Shown here piece after piece: positions 28,593 to 37,749 of a stretch of DNA of 64,000 nt. Position 1 is the first letter of the stretch, and each line of letters opens with the position of its first letter. A model generated the notes under the pieces. That model did not search any database and had not been told where the DNA came from. It saw nothing but the letters and a program-made list of their open reading frames with translations. Source of the DNA: Alkalispirochaeta sp. (GTDB lineage Bacteria > Spirochaetota > Spirochaetia > DSM-27196 > Alkalispirochaetaceae); NCBI GenBank assembly GCA_965601925.1, contig OZ271854.1:4672001-4736000 (forward strand). The letters run 5' to 3'. The position numbers were made by a program, and so were the translations under genes.

Positions 28593-30053
28593 ATGGCAGA
28601 TACGTCGATCCCCGCCGTATTGTATCGTCGCGTTGCGGATCACATGCAGGCGGCAATCGAGGCCGGGACGTACGGGCCGGGAGATCGAGTCCCCTCGTTA
28701 CGCGCACTCTCACGTACATTTTCGGTAAGCCTCAACACGGCCCGCGAGGCGTACTCGCTTTTGGAGCGTCGCGGAGTGCTGCACGCGCGACCTCAAGCGG
28801 GATTCTACGTCTTGTCACAGGCGGAGCCTCCCCGCCATCCGATGAACGGCCGGCCGAGACCGGTTGCGGTGACCGTAAGCGATATGGTGCACGAGGTCAT
28901 GGCCGATTCCAGCGACTTCTCACTGACATCTCTGGCGGTCGTCGATACGGATCCGGTACTGCTGCCCCTCAAAGAGATAGAACGGGCAATGGTACACTCG
29001 ATCCGCTATCGTCCGGACGAGACGACCCGTTATCAAAGTGCAGCGGATACGCGCGAGCTGCGACAGCACATTGTAAAACGCCTCCTCGGCGCGGGAGTCC
29101 GGGCGCATTTAGACGACGTCGTGGTGACCGCCGGTTGCTTGGAGGCGGTGACTCTGGCACTTTTTGCCACGTGTAGACCCGGGGATACGGTGGCCGTCGA
29201 GTCTCCGACGTTTTTCATCTTCTATCGTCTCGTCGAACGTATGGGCCTGCGCGTCGTAGAAATTCCCACCGACCCCATCACGGGGATGCGGCTCGACACT
29301 CTTGAGTACGTCTTAGCCGACCACCCGGTGAAGGCAATTCTCTGTACTCCCAACTTCAGCAATCCTACGGGAAGCGTGATGCCCACCGATATGAAGAGGC
29401 GACTGGTGTGCATGGCGCGGCAGGCCCGCGTTGCGCTCATAGAAGACGATATCTATGGGGAGATGCATTTCGGAGGTTCACGCCCCGCGGCGCTCGCATC
29501 ATTCGATACCGACGGCACGGTAATTCACTGTAGCTCCGTCTCAAAGACACTTGCCGGCGGCTTGCGAATCGGATGGGTGCTGGGCGGACGCCGACACGCC
29601 GATATCGAGCGGCTCAAAGCGGTCTCGTCGATATCGGTGGCCGCCCCGTCGGTGCAAACGGTAACGGCGTTTCTCTCGACCGGCCGCTACGATCGCCATT
29701 TACGGCGACTCAGACGCGCGTTGCATGACAATATGACGCGCCTGGCGTGTCTGGTATCCAAAAGTTTCCCCGATGCGACGCGCATAACAAATCCGTGCGG
29801 CGGACTCGCACTGTGGATCGAGTTGCCGGAGTGGGCGGATACGGTCGAACTCTATCGTCGAGCCCGCGATGCGGGTATCTCCCTCGCGATCGGTCCGATG
29901 TTCACCCTTTCGCGCGATTTTCGCCGATTTTTACGTCTCAGCGCCGGTCGCCTCGGACAGCGAGAGGAGGAGGCGATACGCGTCGTTGCACGGATGACGC
30001 ACGAGATGAAACGCACGTCTCTTGCAACCGTCGATCGCGGAGTCGATGAATAA
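28593..30053 (+). CDS. MocR/GabR-family regulator (GntR wHTH + PLP domain)
   Basis: 'VPSLRALSRTFSVSLNT', 'IEDDIYGE', PLP Lys motif 'SSVSKTLAGGLRIGW'. Confidence 0.93.
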   Translation: MADTSIPAVLYRRVADHMQAAIEAGTYGPGDRVPSLRALSRTFSVSLNTAREAYSLLERRGVLHARPQAGFYVLSQAEPPRHPMNGRPRPVAVTVSDMVHEVMADSSDFSLTSLAVVDTDPVLLPLKEIERAMVHSIRYRPDETTRYQSAADTRELRQHIVKRLLGAGVRAHLDDVVVTAGCLEAVTLALFATCRPGDTVAVESPTFFIFYRLVERMGLRVVEIPTDPITGMRLDTLEYVLADHPVKAILCTPNFSNPTGSVMPTDMKRRLVCMARQARVALIEDDIYGEMHFGGSRPAALASFDTDGTVIHCSSVSKTLAGGLRIGWVLGGRRHADIERLKAVSSISVAAPSVQTVTAFLSTGRYDRHLRRLRRALHDNMTRLACLVSKSFPDATRITNPCGGLALWIELPEWADTVELYRRARDAGISLAIGPMFTLSRDFRRFLRLSAGRLGQREEEAIRVVARMTHEMKRTSLATVDRGVDE

Positions 30054-30057
30054 AAGA

Positions 30058-31548
30058 CTACGGTGTTTCGACTGAATCGAGCAGCACGGCGCGTCCCGAG
30101 GATAGGAGCGCAACGGTACCGCGTGAACTCTCGCCGACGATCATCACCGGCGCTCCCACCGGCAACTCCGCGAAGGCGTCGCCGGTCACCGGGTCGCGAA
30201 CGACAAATGAACGCTCCGTGGATACCTCCGAAGCGGGCGAGGATAGCTCTTGACGATCGACAAACGCCTCGTTGCCGGAGAGCGTTCTGATCCGGACGAG
30301 GTCGGAAGCGGCACCGACGATTCGAACCGGCTCATCCGACAGCGAAAGCTCCGCTGCCGGGGCGCTCGGCGGGAGCTCGTCGTCGGAGCGAACCTCCGCG
30401 CCCGGAAACGTATCTCCCGCGCCGATCAACAACGGATTTCGATTTCTATATGCGATGGCCGCAGGCGGTACGGGAGGTACCTCGGCGGCGAGCACGCGCT
30501 CGCCGTCGACGCGTACCCATGAGCCGATCGCTTCGGCGAACGCGACGGCCGGGGGATCGGTAGCAGGCGGGTCGACGAAGTAGTTCCACGGATCGACGGG
30601 CCGTCGCCACCCGCCCTCGTATATACCGATGTGAAGGTGCGGGGGCGTCGTGACGGCGTTACCCGTATTTCCCATCGTGCCCACCACATCGCCTGAACGA
30701 ACCCGTTCGCCCTGACGGACCACGTGTTCGTCCAAATGCGCGTAATAGATCATCAAATCGCGCACATCGTCGCGCAGCACAACGATGTTTCCGCCGCGAT
30801 CGCGACGTCCTACGCGTATCACCGTGGAATCGCCGGTCGCCAATAACGGCGTACCGCGAGGAGCGAAGATATCTACGCCGTGGTGGAGTCGAGCTCCACC
30901 GTCGCGAGGATCGCCGAAGAAGCTCCATATGTCCTCCGGCCCCGCTCCTTCGACGGGAAACGCGAGGGATGCCTCCTCGGTGATACGCACGCGAAACCGA
31001 CCGCCGCGTAACAGTTCCGGCTGCACGCGCACAATGTAGTACTCGCTGGAACGCGGCTCGAAGACGATCTCATGCGCACCGTCGGGCCGACTCGCGACGA
31101 GCGTCGGAGCGTCTCCTTCGCGGCGCGGGGCGACAAAGACATCGGCAAAGTAACGGTCGTGTTCACTCTCGATCAGGATCGTCACTCGGCGCCCCCGCAA
31201 TACCGCAAATCGATACCCGACGGCGGCGGGCTCGCGGGGATCGAAGAAGACGATCTCCTCCGCCGGCGATGCAAAGGCGGTCGGGCTCGACAGAGCGCGT
31301 TCACCGGCCGCAATCCAGCGCGATCCCATCTCGGACTCTTCGAGTTCCAACTGCGTGAGAGCTTCCCGGTAGGCGGCGTGGAACTCGGACGGACGGAACT
31401 GCTCGGGAACACGCGCCGGCGCGCATCCGACGAGCACCGCCGCTACAACGAGAAGCGCTCCGCGGAAGGGAACGGCAAAAAGACGCCCCGCGGTCGCGAG
31501 ATCGCCACGGTACGCACTCGAACCGTCGGCCCGGTCTATCCGATCCAC
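30058..31548 (-). CDS. M23-family metallopeptidase, probable lipoprotein (start uncertain)
   Basis: 'HHGVDIFAPRGTP', 'YYAHLD', 'GNTGNA.TTPPHLHIG'; lipobox 'LVGC'. Confidence 0.88.
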   Translation of the reverse strand: MDRIDRADGSSAYRGDLATAGRLFAVPFRGALLVVAAVLVGCAPARVPEQFRPSEFHAAYREALTQLELEESEMGSRWIAAGERALSSPTAFASPAEEIVFFDPREPAAVGYRFAVLRGRRVTILIESEHDRYFADVFVAPRREGDAPTLVASRPDGAHEIVFEPRSSEYYIVRVQPELLRGGRFRVRITEEASLAFPVEGAGPEDIWSFFGDPRDGGARLHHGVDIFAPRGTPLLATGDSTVIRVGRRDRGGNIVVLRDDVRDLMIYYAHLDEHVVRQGERVRSGDVVGTMGNTGNAVTTPPHLHIGIYEGGWRRPVDPWNYFVDPPATDPPAVAFAEAIGSWVRVDGERVLAAEVPPVPPAAIAYRNRNPLLIGAGDTFPGAEVRSDDELPPSAPAAELSLSDEPVRIVGAASDLVRIRTLSGNEAFVDRQELSSPASEVSTERSFVVRDPVTGDAFAELPVGAPVMIVGESSRGTVALLSSGRAVLLDSVETP

Positions 31549-32015
31549 TCTTGAAATCGTTGCGGAGGCGTCTTGCCCAACGCCTGGAGGTAGACGCTCG
31601 CCTTGCCGTAGAAGATCAAGAGCGCCTCTTGATACACGCCGAGTTGAATATGAATCGGCAGAAAGAAGTCGTCGCCGCGCTTGATTTGTCGCTTCTCGAT
31701 ATCCTCGTCGGAGAGAGCCCCCAACACTTCTTTGAGAGTCCCGTCGAGCTCGCGGTACCACGTAGTAAGCTTCTCTACGCTCCGTTCGATATCGGGAACG
31801 TCTGCGCGATAGGTGAAATCGTGCTCAAATGTTCGAAACGATTCGATATAAGAGTGTTCGACTTCGCCGATTCTGCGACATAGGTCGCCCAACGTGGGCG
31901 AATGGTCGACGGGACGGAAGCGCAGATCGTCGTCCGTGAGCGCCGCCATGAGTTGATCTCGCAGTTCGCGATACATTTCAAACACGGGAAACTGTGTCTG
32001 CATGATCCGGTTCAT
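31536..32015 (-). CDS. DinB/YfiT-like helical protein
   Basis: 'LTDDDLRFRP..SPTLGDL', 'GKASVYLQALGK' pattern; ATGA overlap with cysH. Confidence 0.7.
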   Translation of the reverse strand: MNRIMQTQFPVFEMYRELRDQLMAALTDDDLRFRPVDHSPTLGDLCRRIGEVEHSYIESFRTFEHDFTYRADVPDIERSVEKLTTWYRELDGTLKEVLGALSDEDIEKRQIKRGDDFFLPIHIQLGVYQEALLIFYGKASVYLQALGKTPPQRFQEWIG

Positions 32016-32872
32016 GGTCGTTCTTCCTTTCCATGGTCCTGCACGTGGAGACCGCATTCTTCAACAAGGCCCCGAAATCGCGTCTCGCGTCCGTTCCCGT
32101 CACCCTCGCGTACGGGGCGGCTCGAGTGAACGTCACCTACCGTAACGTACCCTTCCCGCTCCAGGGGATGGCGCGGCAGATCGTAAACCTTAAAGTACGT
32201 CTCGATATCACGGTCGCTCCAGCGCAGAAGAGGGTGAATCTTGTAGACCCCCATGTGCACCTCTACGGTCTGCAGATGTGAACGATGGTTGGTTTGCTGA
32301 GAGCGCACGCCGGACAGCCACGCTGTCGCGCCGACGGCCTCCAGAGCGCGCTGCATCGGTTCCACTTTTCGAATGCGATTGTATGCCCGCATATCGGCGA
32401 CGTTCCCTCGCTCCCAGAGCCGTCCGTACACCGCCTCCATGTGCGCGGGACTCATGTCGGCCTGGTGTATTCGCACATCGAGATCGAGTCGTTCCGTGAG
32501 TGTCCGAGCGTAACGATAGGTCTCCGCCGGAAGATAGCCGGTATCGATCCAGATAACCGGTGTCCCGGGCGCCGTTCTTGCGACCAGATCGAGGAGTACC
32601 GCCGACTGAGTGCCGAAGCTCGTGCTCATCACGAGGCCTTCGCCGAACAGAAGCGCCGCTTCTCTCACTTGTTGCCACGCGTCGAGCGCCGTCAACTCGT
32701 CCCGCAATCGATCCACGTGAACCGATGCGAAGGTGCGAATACCGGCATCCAAGCGGCGTAACTCGCGAAGTCTTCGTCTCCGCTCCCTAACTTTTCCGGC
32801 CCGTCGTCGGAGTCGTCTAAGGCTTACCGGCCGATACGGCCGACGAATGAATCGTCGTAATCGCCTTGCCAT
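32012..32872 (-). CDS. cysH: PAPS reductase (thioredoxin type, no Fe-S ligands)
   Basis: 'STSFGTQSAV', 'DTGYLPAETY', 'YNRIRKVEP', 'YVTVGDVHS', 'ECGLH'; SD GGAGGGG before ATG 32872. Confidence 0.9.
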   Translation of the reverse strand: MARRLRRFIRRPYRPVSLRRLRRRAGKVRERRRRLRELRRLDAGIRTFASVHVDRLRDELTALDAWQQVREAALLFGEGLVMSTSFGTQSAVLLDLVARTAPGTPVIWIDTGYLPAETYRYARTLTERLDLDVRIHQADMSPAHMEAVYGRLWERGNVADMRAYNRIRKVEPMQRALEAVGATAWLSGVRSQQTNHRSHLQTVEVHMGVYKIHPLLRWSDRDIETYFKVYDLPRHPLEREGYVTVGDVHSSRPVREGDGNGRETRFRGLVEECGLHVQDHGKEERP

Positions 32873-33100
32873 AACACCCCCTCCACCGTGAGAGAATCGT
32901 CGCGACATGGTTACACTCAACGCGCGATGAGGTCAACCGCGACGTCGAACCGTGTGTATCTCTTCATACCTACACTATACGTTCCCGAGGAGCGAAATAC
33001 CACGACGGACTAAGACACCCGCCTCGCGTATATCGCCCTCAACGGCCTTCGGCGATGCGGCTCATTCTCTCGAGGCCGGCGGAGAACGTATGAGGCCTCC

Positions 33101-33129
33101 TTGACACTCTATGAGCCATCTGTTAGAAA
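33101..33129 (+). promoter_or_regulatory. Probable tRNA promoter
   Basis: TTGACA-N17-TAGAAA with TG upstream of the -10. Confidence 0.5.
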
Positions 33130-33148
33130 TACGTTCATACCGTGATTC

Positions 33149-33221
33149 GCCGCTGTAGCTCAGTCGGTAGAGCAGTGGACTGAAAATCCACGTGTCGACA
33201 GTTCGATTCTGTCCGGCGGCA
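33149..33221 (+). tRNA. tRNA-Phe(GAA), CCA not encoded
   Basis: GCCGCTG/CGGCGGC acceptor stem, TAGCTCAGTCGGTAGAGC D-arm, CTGAAAA anticodon loop, GTTCGATTC T-loop. Confidence 0.97.
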
Positions 33222-33227
33222 CGGTCG

Positions 33228-33255
33228 GCCGGCTCCCCGTGAGCCGGCTTTTTTT
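33228..33255 (+). terminator. Intrinsic terminator after the tRNA
   Basis: GCCGGCTC-N5-GAGCCGGC-T7. Confidence 0.9.
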
Positions 33256-33334
33256 ATGCGTTCACCGTTCCATTCGCCGGAGCTCTTTCGTAGATCGACC
33301 GTCGCGACCGCGCATCACCATCTCGCACGCCTAC

Positions 33335-33367
33335 AAAAAAACCGACTCCCCGATGAGGAGAGTCGGT
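33335..33367 (-). terminator. Intrinsic terminator of ppdK
   Basis: Minus strand ACCGACTCTCC-N5-GGGGAGTCGGT followed by a T run. Confidence 0.85.
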
Positions 33368-33420
33368 CGTGATCGGCCACGCCGATCGATCGTGTCGTCG
33401 CCGCAGCGCGGCGGGACGGT

Positions 33421-36081
33421 TTAGCGATTCTTGATGACCGCTTGAGCCGCCGCAAGACGTGCGATCGGAACGCGGAAGGGCGAGCAACTCACGTAGTTGA
33501 GCCCCGTGCGATAGCAGAACTCTACCGATTTGGGCTCGCCGCCGTGCTCGCCGCAGATACCGACCTTGAGGTCCTTCTTGGTGCTGCGACCCCGTTCCAC
33601 GCCGACCTGGACGAGCTGCCCGACACCGGTCTGGTCCAACACGGCGAAGGGGTCGTACTCCAGGATACCGTCCTCGACGTACTGCGGGAGAAAGCTTCCC
33701 ACATCGTCGCGACTGTAGCCGAAGGTCATCTGGGTCAGGTCGTTGGTACCGAAGGAGAAGAAATCGGCAAACTCCGCGACCTCATTGGCGGTCAGCGCCG
33801 CTCGGGGAATCTCGATCATCGTACCGATCTTGTAGTCGACCGTTGCACCGGTCTCCGAGACGACGCGCTGCGCTACGGCCTCCGCGTTGTCACGCAGAAC
33901 CTTGAGCTCTTGGTAGGTGCCCACGAGGGGGATCATGATCTCCGGGAAGACCTTGACGCCGCTCTTCGCGACGGCCGCGGCGGCGCTCATGATCGCCTCG
34001 ACCTGCATGTCGTAGATCTCGGGATACGTAATACCAAGCCGGCACCCGCGGTGGCCGAGCATCGGGTTGAGCTCGTGGAGCGAGTCGATCTTGACCTTGA
34101 GCTGATCGACGGTGATGCCGCCGATCTTGGCGAGCTCTGCGATCTGCGCCTCTTCCTGGGGCACAAACTCATGAAGCGGCGGGTCGAGAAGACGCACCGT
34201 GACGGGGAAGCCGTCCATCGCCTTGAAGATGCCCTCGAAGTCCTTGCGCTGGAGGGGCAGCAACTTGGCAAGCGCCTTCTCGCGCGCCGCCTTATCCTCG
34301 GCGACGATCATCTCGCGGAAGCTGCGAATCTTGTCTTCCTCGAAGAACATATGCTCGGTGCGGCACAATCCGATGCCCTCGGCACCGTACTTGCGCGCCA
34401 CGTCGGCGTCGTGGGGCGTGTCGGCGTTGGTGCGGACCGAGAAGGTCTGCTCCGCGAGTCCCGCACGCTTGGCGCCGGCGCGAACCGTGTCGGTCCAGGC
34501 GAGGAAGCGATCGATATCGCCACTAACCTTGGGCTCCTGAAGCGCCATCTCGCCGGCAAAGACCTCACCGGTCGAGCCGTCGATGGTGATGAAGTCGCCC
34601 TCTTTGTACTGAACGCCGCCCACGGTCATGATCTTGTTGGCGATCTCTACCGCCTTACATCCGGCGACACAGGGAGTGCCCATACCGCGTGCGACGACCG
34701 CCGCATGGCTGGTCATACCGCCGGTTGAGGTAAGAATACCCTCCGCGGCGTGCATACCGCCGATGTCCTCGGGACTCGTCTCGCGACGTACCAGGAGCAC
34801 CTTCTTGCCCTCTTTGACCCACTCCTCGGCCTCGTCGGCGGTAAAGACGATCTGACCGGCCGCAGCGCCCGGTGAGGCGTTGAGACCTTTGGCGATCGCC
34901 TTATTCGTCTTCTTGGCCGCAGGATCGATCATCGGGTGAAAGACCTGGTCGAGCTGGTCGGGAGAGACGCGGGTGACGGCGACTTCCTCGCTGATGGCAC
35001 CCTCGGCAACCATGTCGACGGCGATCTTAATCGCCGCGGCGCCGGTGCGCTTTCCGTTGCGCGTCTGGAGAAGAAAGAGGTTACCCTGCTGAATGGTAAA
35101 CTCCATGTCCTGCATATCTTTGTAATGCGCCTCCAACTTGGCGCGCACGTCGTCGAGCTGCTTGTAGATATCCGGGCTCTGCTCCGCGAGACTCGAGAGC
35201 GTCTTGGGGGTACGGATACCGGCGACGACGTCCTCGCCCTGGGCGTTCATCAGATACTCGCCGTAGAAGACCTTCTCTCCGGTGGAGGGGTCGCGGGAGA
35301 AACAGACACCGGTTCCCGAGTCGTCGCCCAGGTTTCCGTAGACCATTGAGACGATGTTGACGGCCGTACCGACCAGACCTTTGATGTCGTTGATGCGTCG
35401 GTAGGTGACCGCCTTGGGGTTGTTCCAACTGCCGAAGACCGCGCCGATCGCGTCCCACATCTGCTTAACCGGATCTTGAGGAAAATCTTCGCCGGTCGCC
35501 TTCTTGTAGATATTCTTGTACTCGCCGGTGAGCGTCTTGAGGTCCTCCGCGTTGAGGTCGGTGTCCTCCTCCACGCCCTTGGCCTTCTTCGCCGCTTCCA
35601 AGGCGTGCTCGTACGGCTCGATGCTGGTGCCCTTCACCACGTCGCTGAACATCTGGATAAAACGACGATAGGCGTCCCACGCAAAGCGCTCGTTCCCCGA
35701 AACGTTGGCCAATCCTACGACGGCACCGTCGTTCATACCGAGGTTGAGAACCGTATCCATCATGCCGGGAAGCGATTCCGCGGCGCCGGAACGTACCGAG
35801 ACCAAAAGCGGATCGGCGGCGTCGCCGAGCTTCTTCCCCATCAACGTCTCGAGTCTACCAAGGTGGTCGGTCACCTCCGCTTCGAGACCGTCCGGATACT
35901 GTGAACCCGCCTCGAAGTACTCACGACACGTCTCGGTCGTGATGGTAAATCCCGGGGGAACGGGCACGCCAATACTGGACATCTCGGCCAGATTGGCACC
36001 TTTCCCTCCCAATAACTGCTTCATGCTGGCCGAGCCTTCGGCCTTTCCATCGCCAAAAAAATAGACGCGTTTGTCAGCCAT
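33421..36081 (-). CDS. ppdK: Pyruvate, phosphate dikinase
   Basis: 'LLGGKGANLAEM', 'GGMTSHAAVVARG', 'GIGLCRTEHMF', 'SFGTNDLTQ', 'GICGEHGG'. Confidence 0.98.
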   Translation of the reverse strand: MADKRVYFFGDGKAEGSASMKQLLGGKGANLAEMSSIGVPVPPGFTITTETCREYFEAGSQYPDGLEAEVTDHLGRLETLMGKKLGDAADPLLVSVRSGAAESLPGMMDTVLNLGMNDGAVVGLANVSGNERFAWDAYRRFIQMFSDVVKGTSIEPYEHALEAAKKAKGVEEDTDLNAEDLKTLTGEYKNIYKKATGEDFPQDPVKQMWDAIGAVFGSWNNPKAVTYRRINDIKGLVGTAVNIVSMVYGNLGDDSGTGVCFSRDPSTGEKVFYGEYLMNAQGEDVVAGIRTPKTLSSLAEQSPDIYKQLDDVRAKLEAHYKDMQDMEFTIQQGNLFLLQTRNGKRTGAAAIKIAVDMVAEGAISEEVAVTRVSPDQLDQVFHPMIDPAAKKTNKAIAKGLNASPGAAAGQIVFTADEAEEWVKEGKKVLLVRRETSPEDIGGMHAAEGILTSTGGMTSHAAVVARGMGTPCVAGCKAVEIANKIMTVGGVQYKEGDFITIDGSTGEVFAGEMALQEPKVSGDIDRFLAWTDTVRAGAKRAGLAEQTFSVRTNADTPHDADVARKYGAEGIGLCRTEHMFFEEDKIRSFREMIVAEDKAAREKALAKLLPLQRKDFEGIFKAMDGFPVTVRLLDPPLHEFVPQEEAQIAELAKIGGITVDQLKVKIDSLHELNPMLGHRGCRLGITYPEIYDMQVEAIMSAAAAVAKSGVKVFPEIMIPLVGTYQELKVLRDNAEAVAQRVVSETGATVDYKIGTMIEIPRAALTANEVAEFADFFSFGTNDLTQMTFGYSRDDVGSFLPQYVEDGILEYDPFAVLDQTGVGQLVQVGVERGRSTKKDLKVGICGEHGGEPKSVEFCYRTGLNYVSCSPFRVPIARLAAAQAVIKNR

Positions 36082-36146
36082 GTGTAGCTAACCCTCCGGT
36101 ATGTAAAATCTGTTAGGATCGAATGATACGATTGACACGCTAAATG

Positions 36147-36184
36147 AAAAAGGCCCCGCTGTCAACGTTGCGTTGAGCGGGGCC
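36147..36184 (-). terminator. Terminator of the sigma-factor gene, overlapping the ppdK promoter
   Basis: Long GC hairpin followed by T5 on the minus strand; contains TTGACA(36165)-N17-TAGCGT. Confidence 0.8.
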
Positions 36185-36210
36185 GGTCGTGCGTTTTGCT
36201 ATGGGAGGAT

Positions 36211-37092
36211 TTAGGCTACGTACGCTTCGAGATATTGGGCTCGTTTGGGATGCTGGAGTCTGCGCAGCGCTTTCTTTTCTATCTGGCGGATGCGCTCCTT
36301 TGTGAGACTGTAGCGGTCGCCGATCTCCTTGAGCGACAGCGGACTCCGTCCGTTGAGGCCGAAACGAAACTGAATGATCTCCGCCTCTTTTTCGGTGAGC
36401 GTGGAGAGCACCTCATTGATATCATCCTTGAGCGCGCGCTCGATCGTGAGCGCTTCGGGCTGAACGTAGTTGGAATCTTCGATGAAGTCCCCGAGTACCG
36501 AGGAATCCTTCTCGTTATAAACCGGCGTCTCCAACGATATGAGATCCCGCGAAATGTTTACCAGGTCCGCTACGTGGTCGGGATTCATATCCAACGTGCG
36601 CGCGATCTCCTGGAGCTCCGCCTCTTCTCTACGTGAGCCCTGGATCTCCTTACGCACCTTCTCGATCTGCACAAGCTCGTTCGCCCGGTTCAGAGGCAGC
36701 CGAATCATCCTGGATTTTTCGCAGATCGCCTTGAGAATCGCCTGACGAATCCACCATACGGCGTACGATATGAAATGATATCCCTTATCGACATCGAAGC
36801 GCTCGATCGCATTCATGAGGCCGATGTTGCCCTCGCTGATAAGATCGGAGAGGGGCAGGCCTTGATTTTGATACTTCTTGGCCACGTTCACGACGAAACG
36901 CAGATTGGCCTTGATCAGCGCATCCTTCGCCTCTTGGATTCCCTTGGCCGCCCGCCGGGCGTGGTAGTCCTCTTGTTCTCGCGTGAGAAGGGGGATTTTG
37001 TTTATCTCCTTGAGATACATAGAGAGAACATTTTCGTCGTCGGAACGGCGGGTGCCCGGTGATGTGTTAGGTCTCGTTACAGTTGCTGCCAT
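36211..37092 (-). CDS. Group 2 sigma70 factor (spirochaete RpoS-like; lacks region 1.1)
   Basis: 'YLKEINKIPLL', 'ANLRFVVNVAKKY', 'FISYAVWWIRQAI', 'LTKERIRQIEKKAL'; 293 aa. Confidence 0.92.
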   Translation of the reverse strand: MAATVTRPNTSPGTRRSDDENVLSMYLKEINKIPLLTREQEDYHARRAAKGIQEAKDALIKANLRFVVNVAKKYQNQGLPLSDLISEGNIGLMNAIERFDVDKGYHFISYAVWWIRQAILKAICEKSRMIRLPLNRANELVQIEKVRKEIQGSRREEAELQEIARTLDMNPDHVADLVNISRDLISLETPVYNEKDSSVLGDFIEDSNYVQPEALTIERALKDDINEVLSTLTEKEAEIIQFRFGLNGRSPLSLKEIGDRYSLTKERIRQIEKKALRRLQHPKRAQYLEAYVA

Positions 37093-37113
37093 TCTTTCCT
37101 CCGTAGATTACTA

Positions 37114-37130
37114 AGCAATAGCCATGCCAG
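37114..37130 (-). promoter_or_regulatory. Sigma54 (-24/-12) promoter
   Basis: Minus strand CTGGCATGGCTATTGCT = GG-N10-GC consensus just upstream of SD GGAGG. Confidence 0.85.
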
Positions 37131-37318
37131 CTTTCCACATCGGATTTCGTCGGCATTATGTGTATATAATTCAAACAGTTACACATACCGCTCGACAAGA
37201 GGGATAAGAACCGTTCCGAACAAATTCGCGTCAAAACGACCCACTTCTGTGTTTTCGTCCGAAAACAGGGTGAAAATGCCCCATTTTCACTTTATGAGCC
37301 CTCCCGGCGTAGTTTTTC

Positions 37319-37347
37319 TTGACCGGTTGGAGCGAGGTCGTTATATT
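37319..37347 (+). promoter_or_regulatory. Sigma70 promoter of groES
   Basis: TTGACC-N17-TATATT. Confidence 0.65.
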
Positions 37348-37406
37348 TCCTGCGGAATATTTCTCCACAGCTAATCAAACTTTGTAACGTCTAATAGGAG
37401 GACAGC

Positions 37407-37670
37407 ATGACTGTTAAACCGCTGGGTGATCGAATTCTGGTCAAAATAGATGAGGGAGAGGAAAAGACCAGGGGAGGTCTTTATATTCCTGAGACCGCCC
37501 AGGAAAAGACGCAAATCGGCACCGTCGTCGCGATCGGAAGCGACGAAGAAATCACCGTCAAGGCTGGCGATCGGGTGATGTTCGACAAGTACGCCGGTAC
37601 CACCGTCAAGATCGACGACAAGGATCACTTGATCCTCAGCATGGGCGACGTTCTCGCGACGGTAGCATAG
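37407..37670 (+). CDS. groES: Co-chaperonin GroES (monocistronic)
   Basis: '[11 protein letters not shown]', '[15 protein letters not shown]', 'VKAGDRV..DKYAGT'. Confidence 0.96.
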   Translation: MTVKPLGDRILVKIDEGEEKTRGGLYIPETAQEKTQIGTVVAIGSDEEITVKAGDRVMFDKYAGTTVKIDDKDHLILSMGDVLATVA

Positions 37671-37715
37671 GCGGTCTCAGTAGGCGCGAGTACCGCGTCA
37701 TTTTGACCCACACAT

Positions 37716-37749
37716 GGACGGGCATCCTATCGGGCGCCCGTCCTTTTTT
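37716..37749 (+). terminator. Intrinsic terminator of groES
   Basis: GGACGGGCATCC-tatc-GGGCGCCCGTCC-T6. Confidence 0.8.

Noticed and set aside
32012..32872. CysH-fold protein as a DndC/SspD phosphorothioation component
   Set aside because: It has the ECGLH reductase motif and no dnd/ssp neighbours
33149..33420. tRNA-Phe as an island integration site
   Set aside because: No integrase and no duplicated tRNA 3' end seen; directly followed by terminators and ppdK
33442..34728. Long antisense ORFs (also 1921-2979, 20963-22108, 50438-51499, 54555-55673, 60381-61391)
   Set aside because: Shadow frames of well-supported genes in GC-rich DNA; no motifs or initiation signals
37407..37670. groES without groEL or CIRCE as an anomaly
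   Set aside because: Separated groES and groEL is usual in Borrelia/Treponema-type spirochaetes
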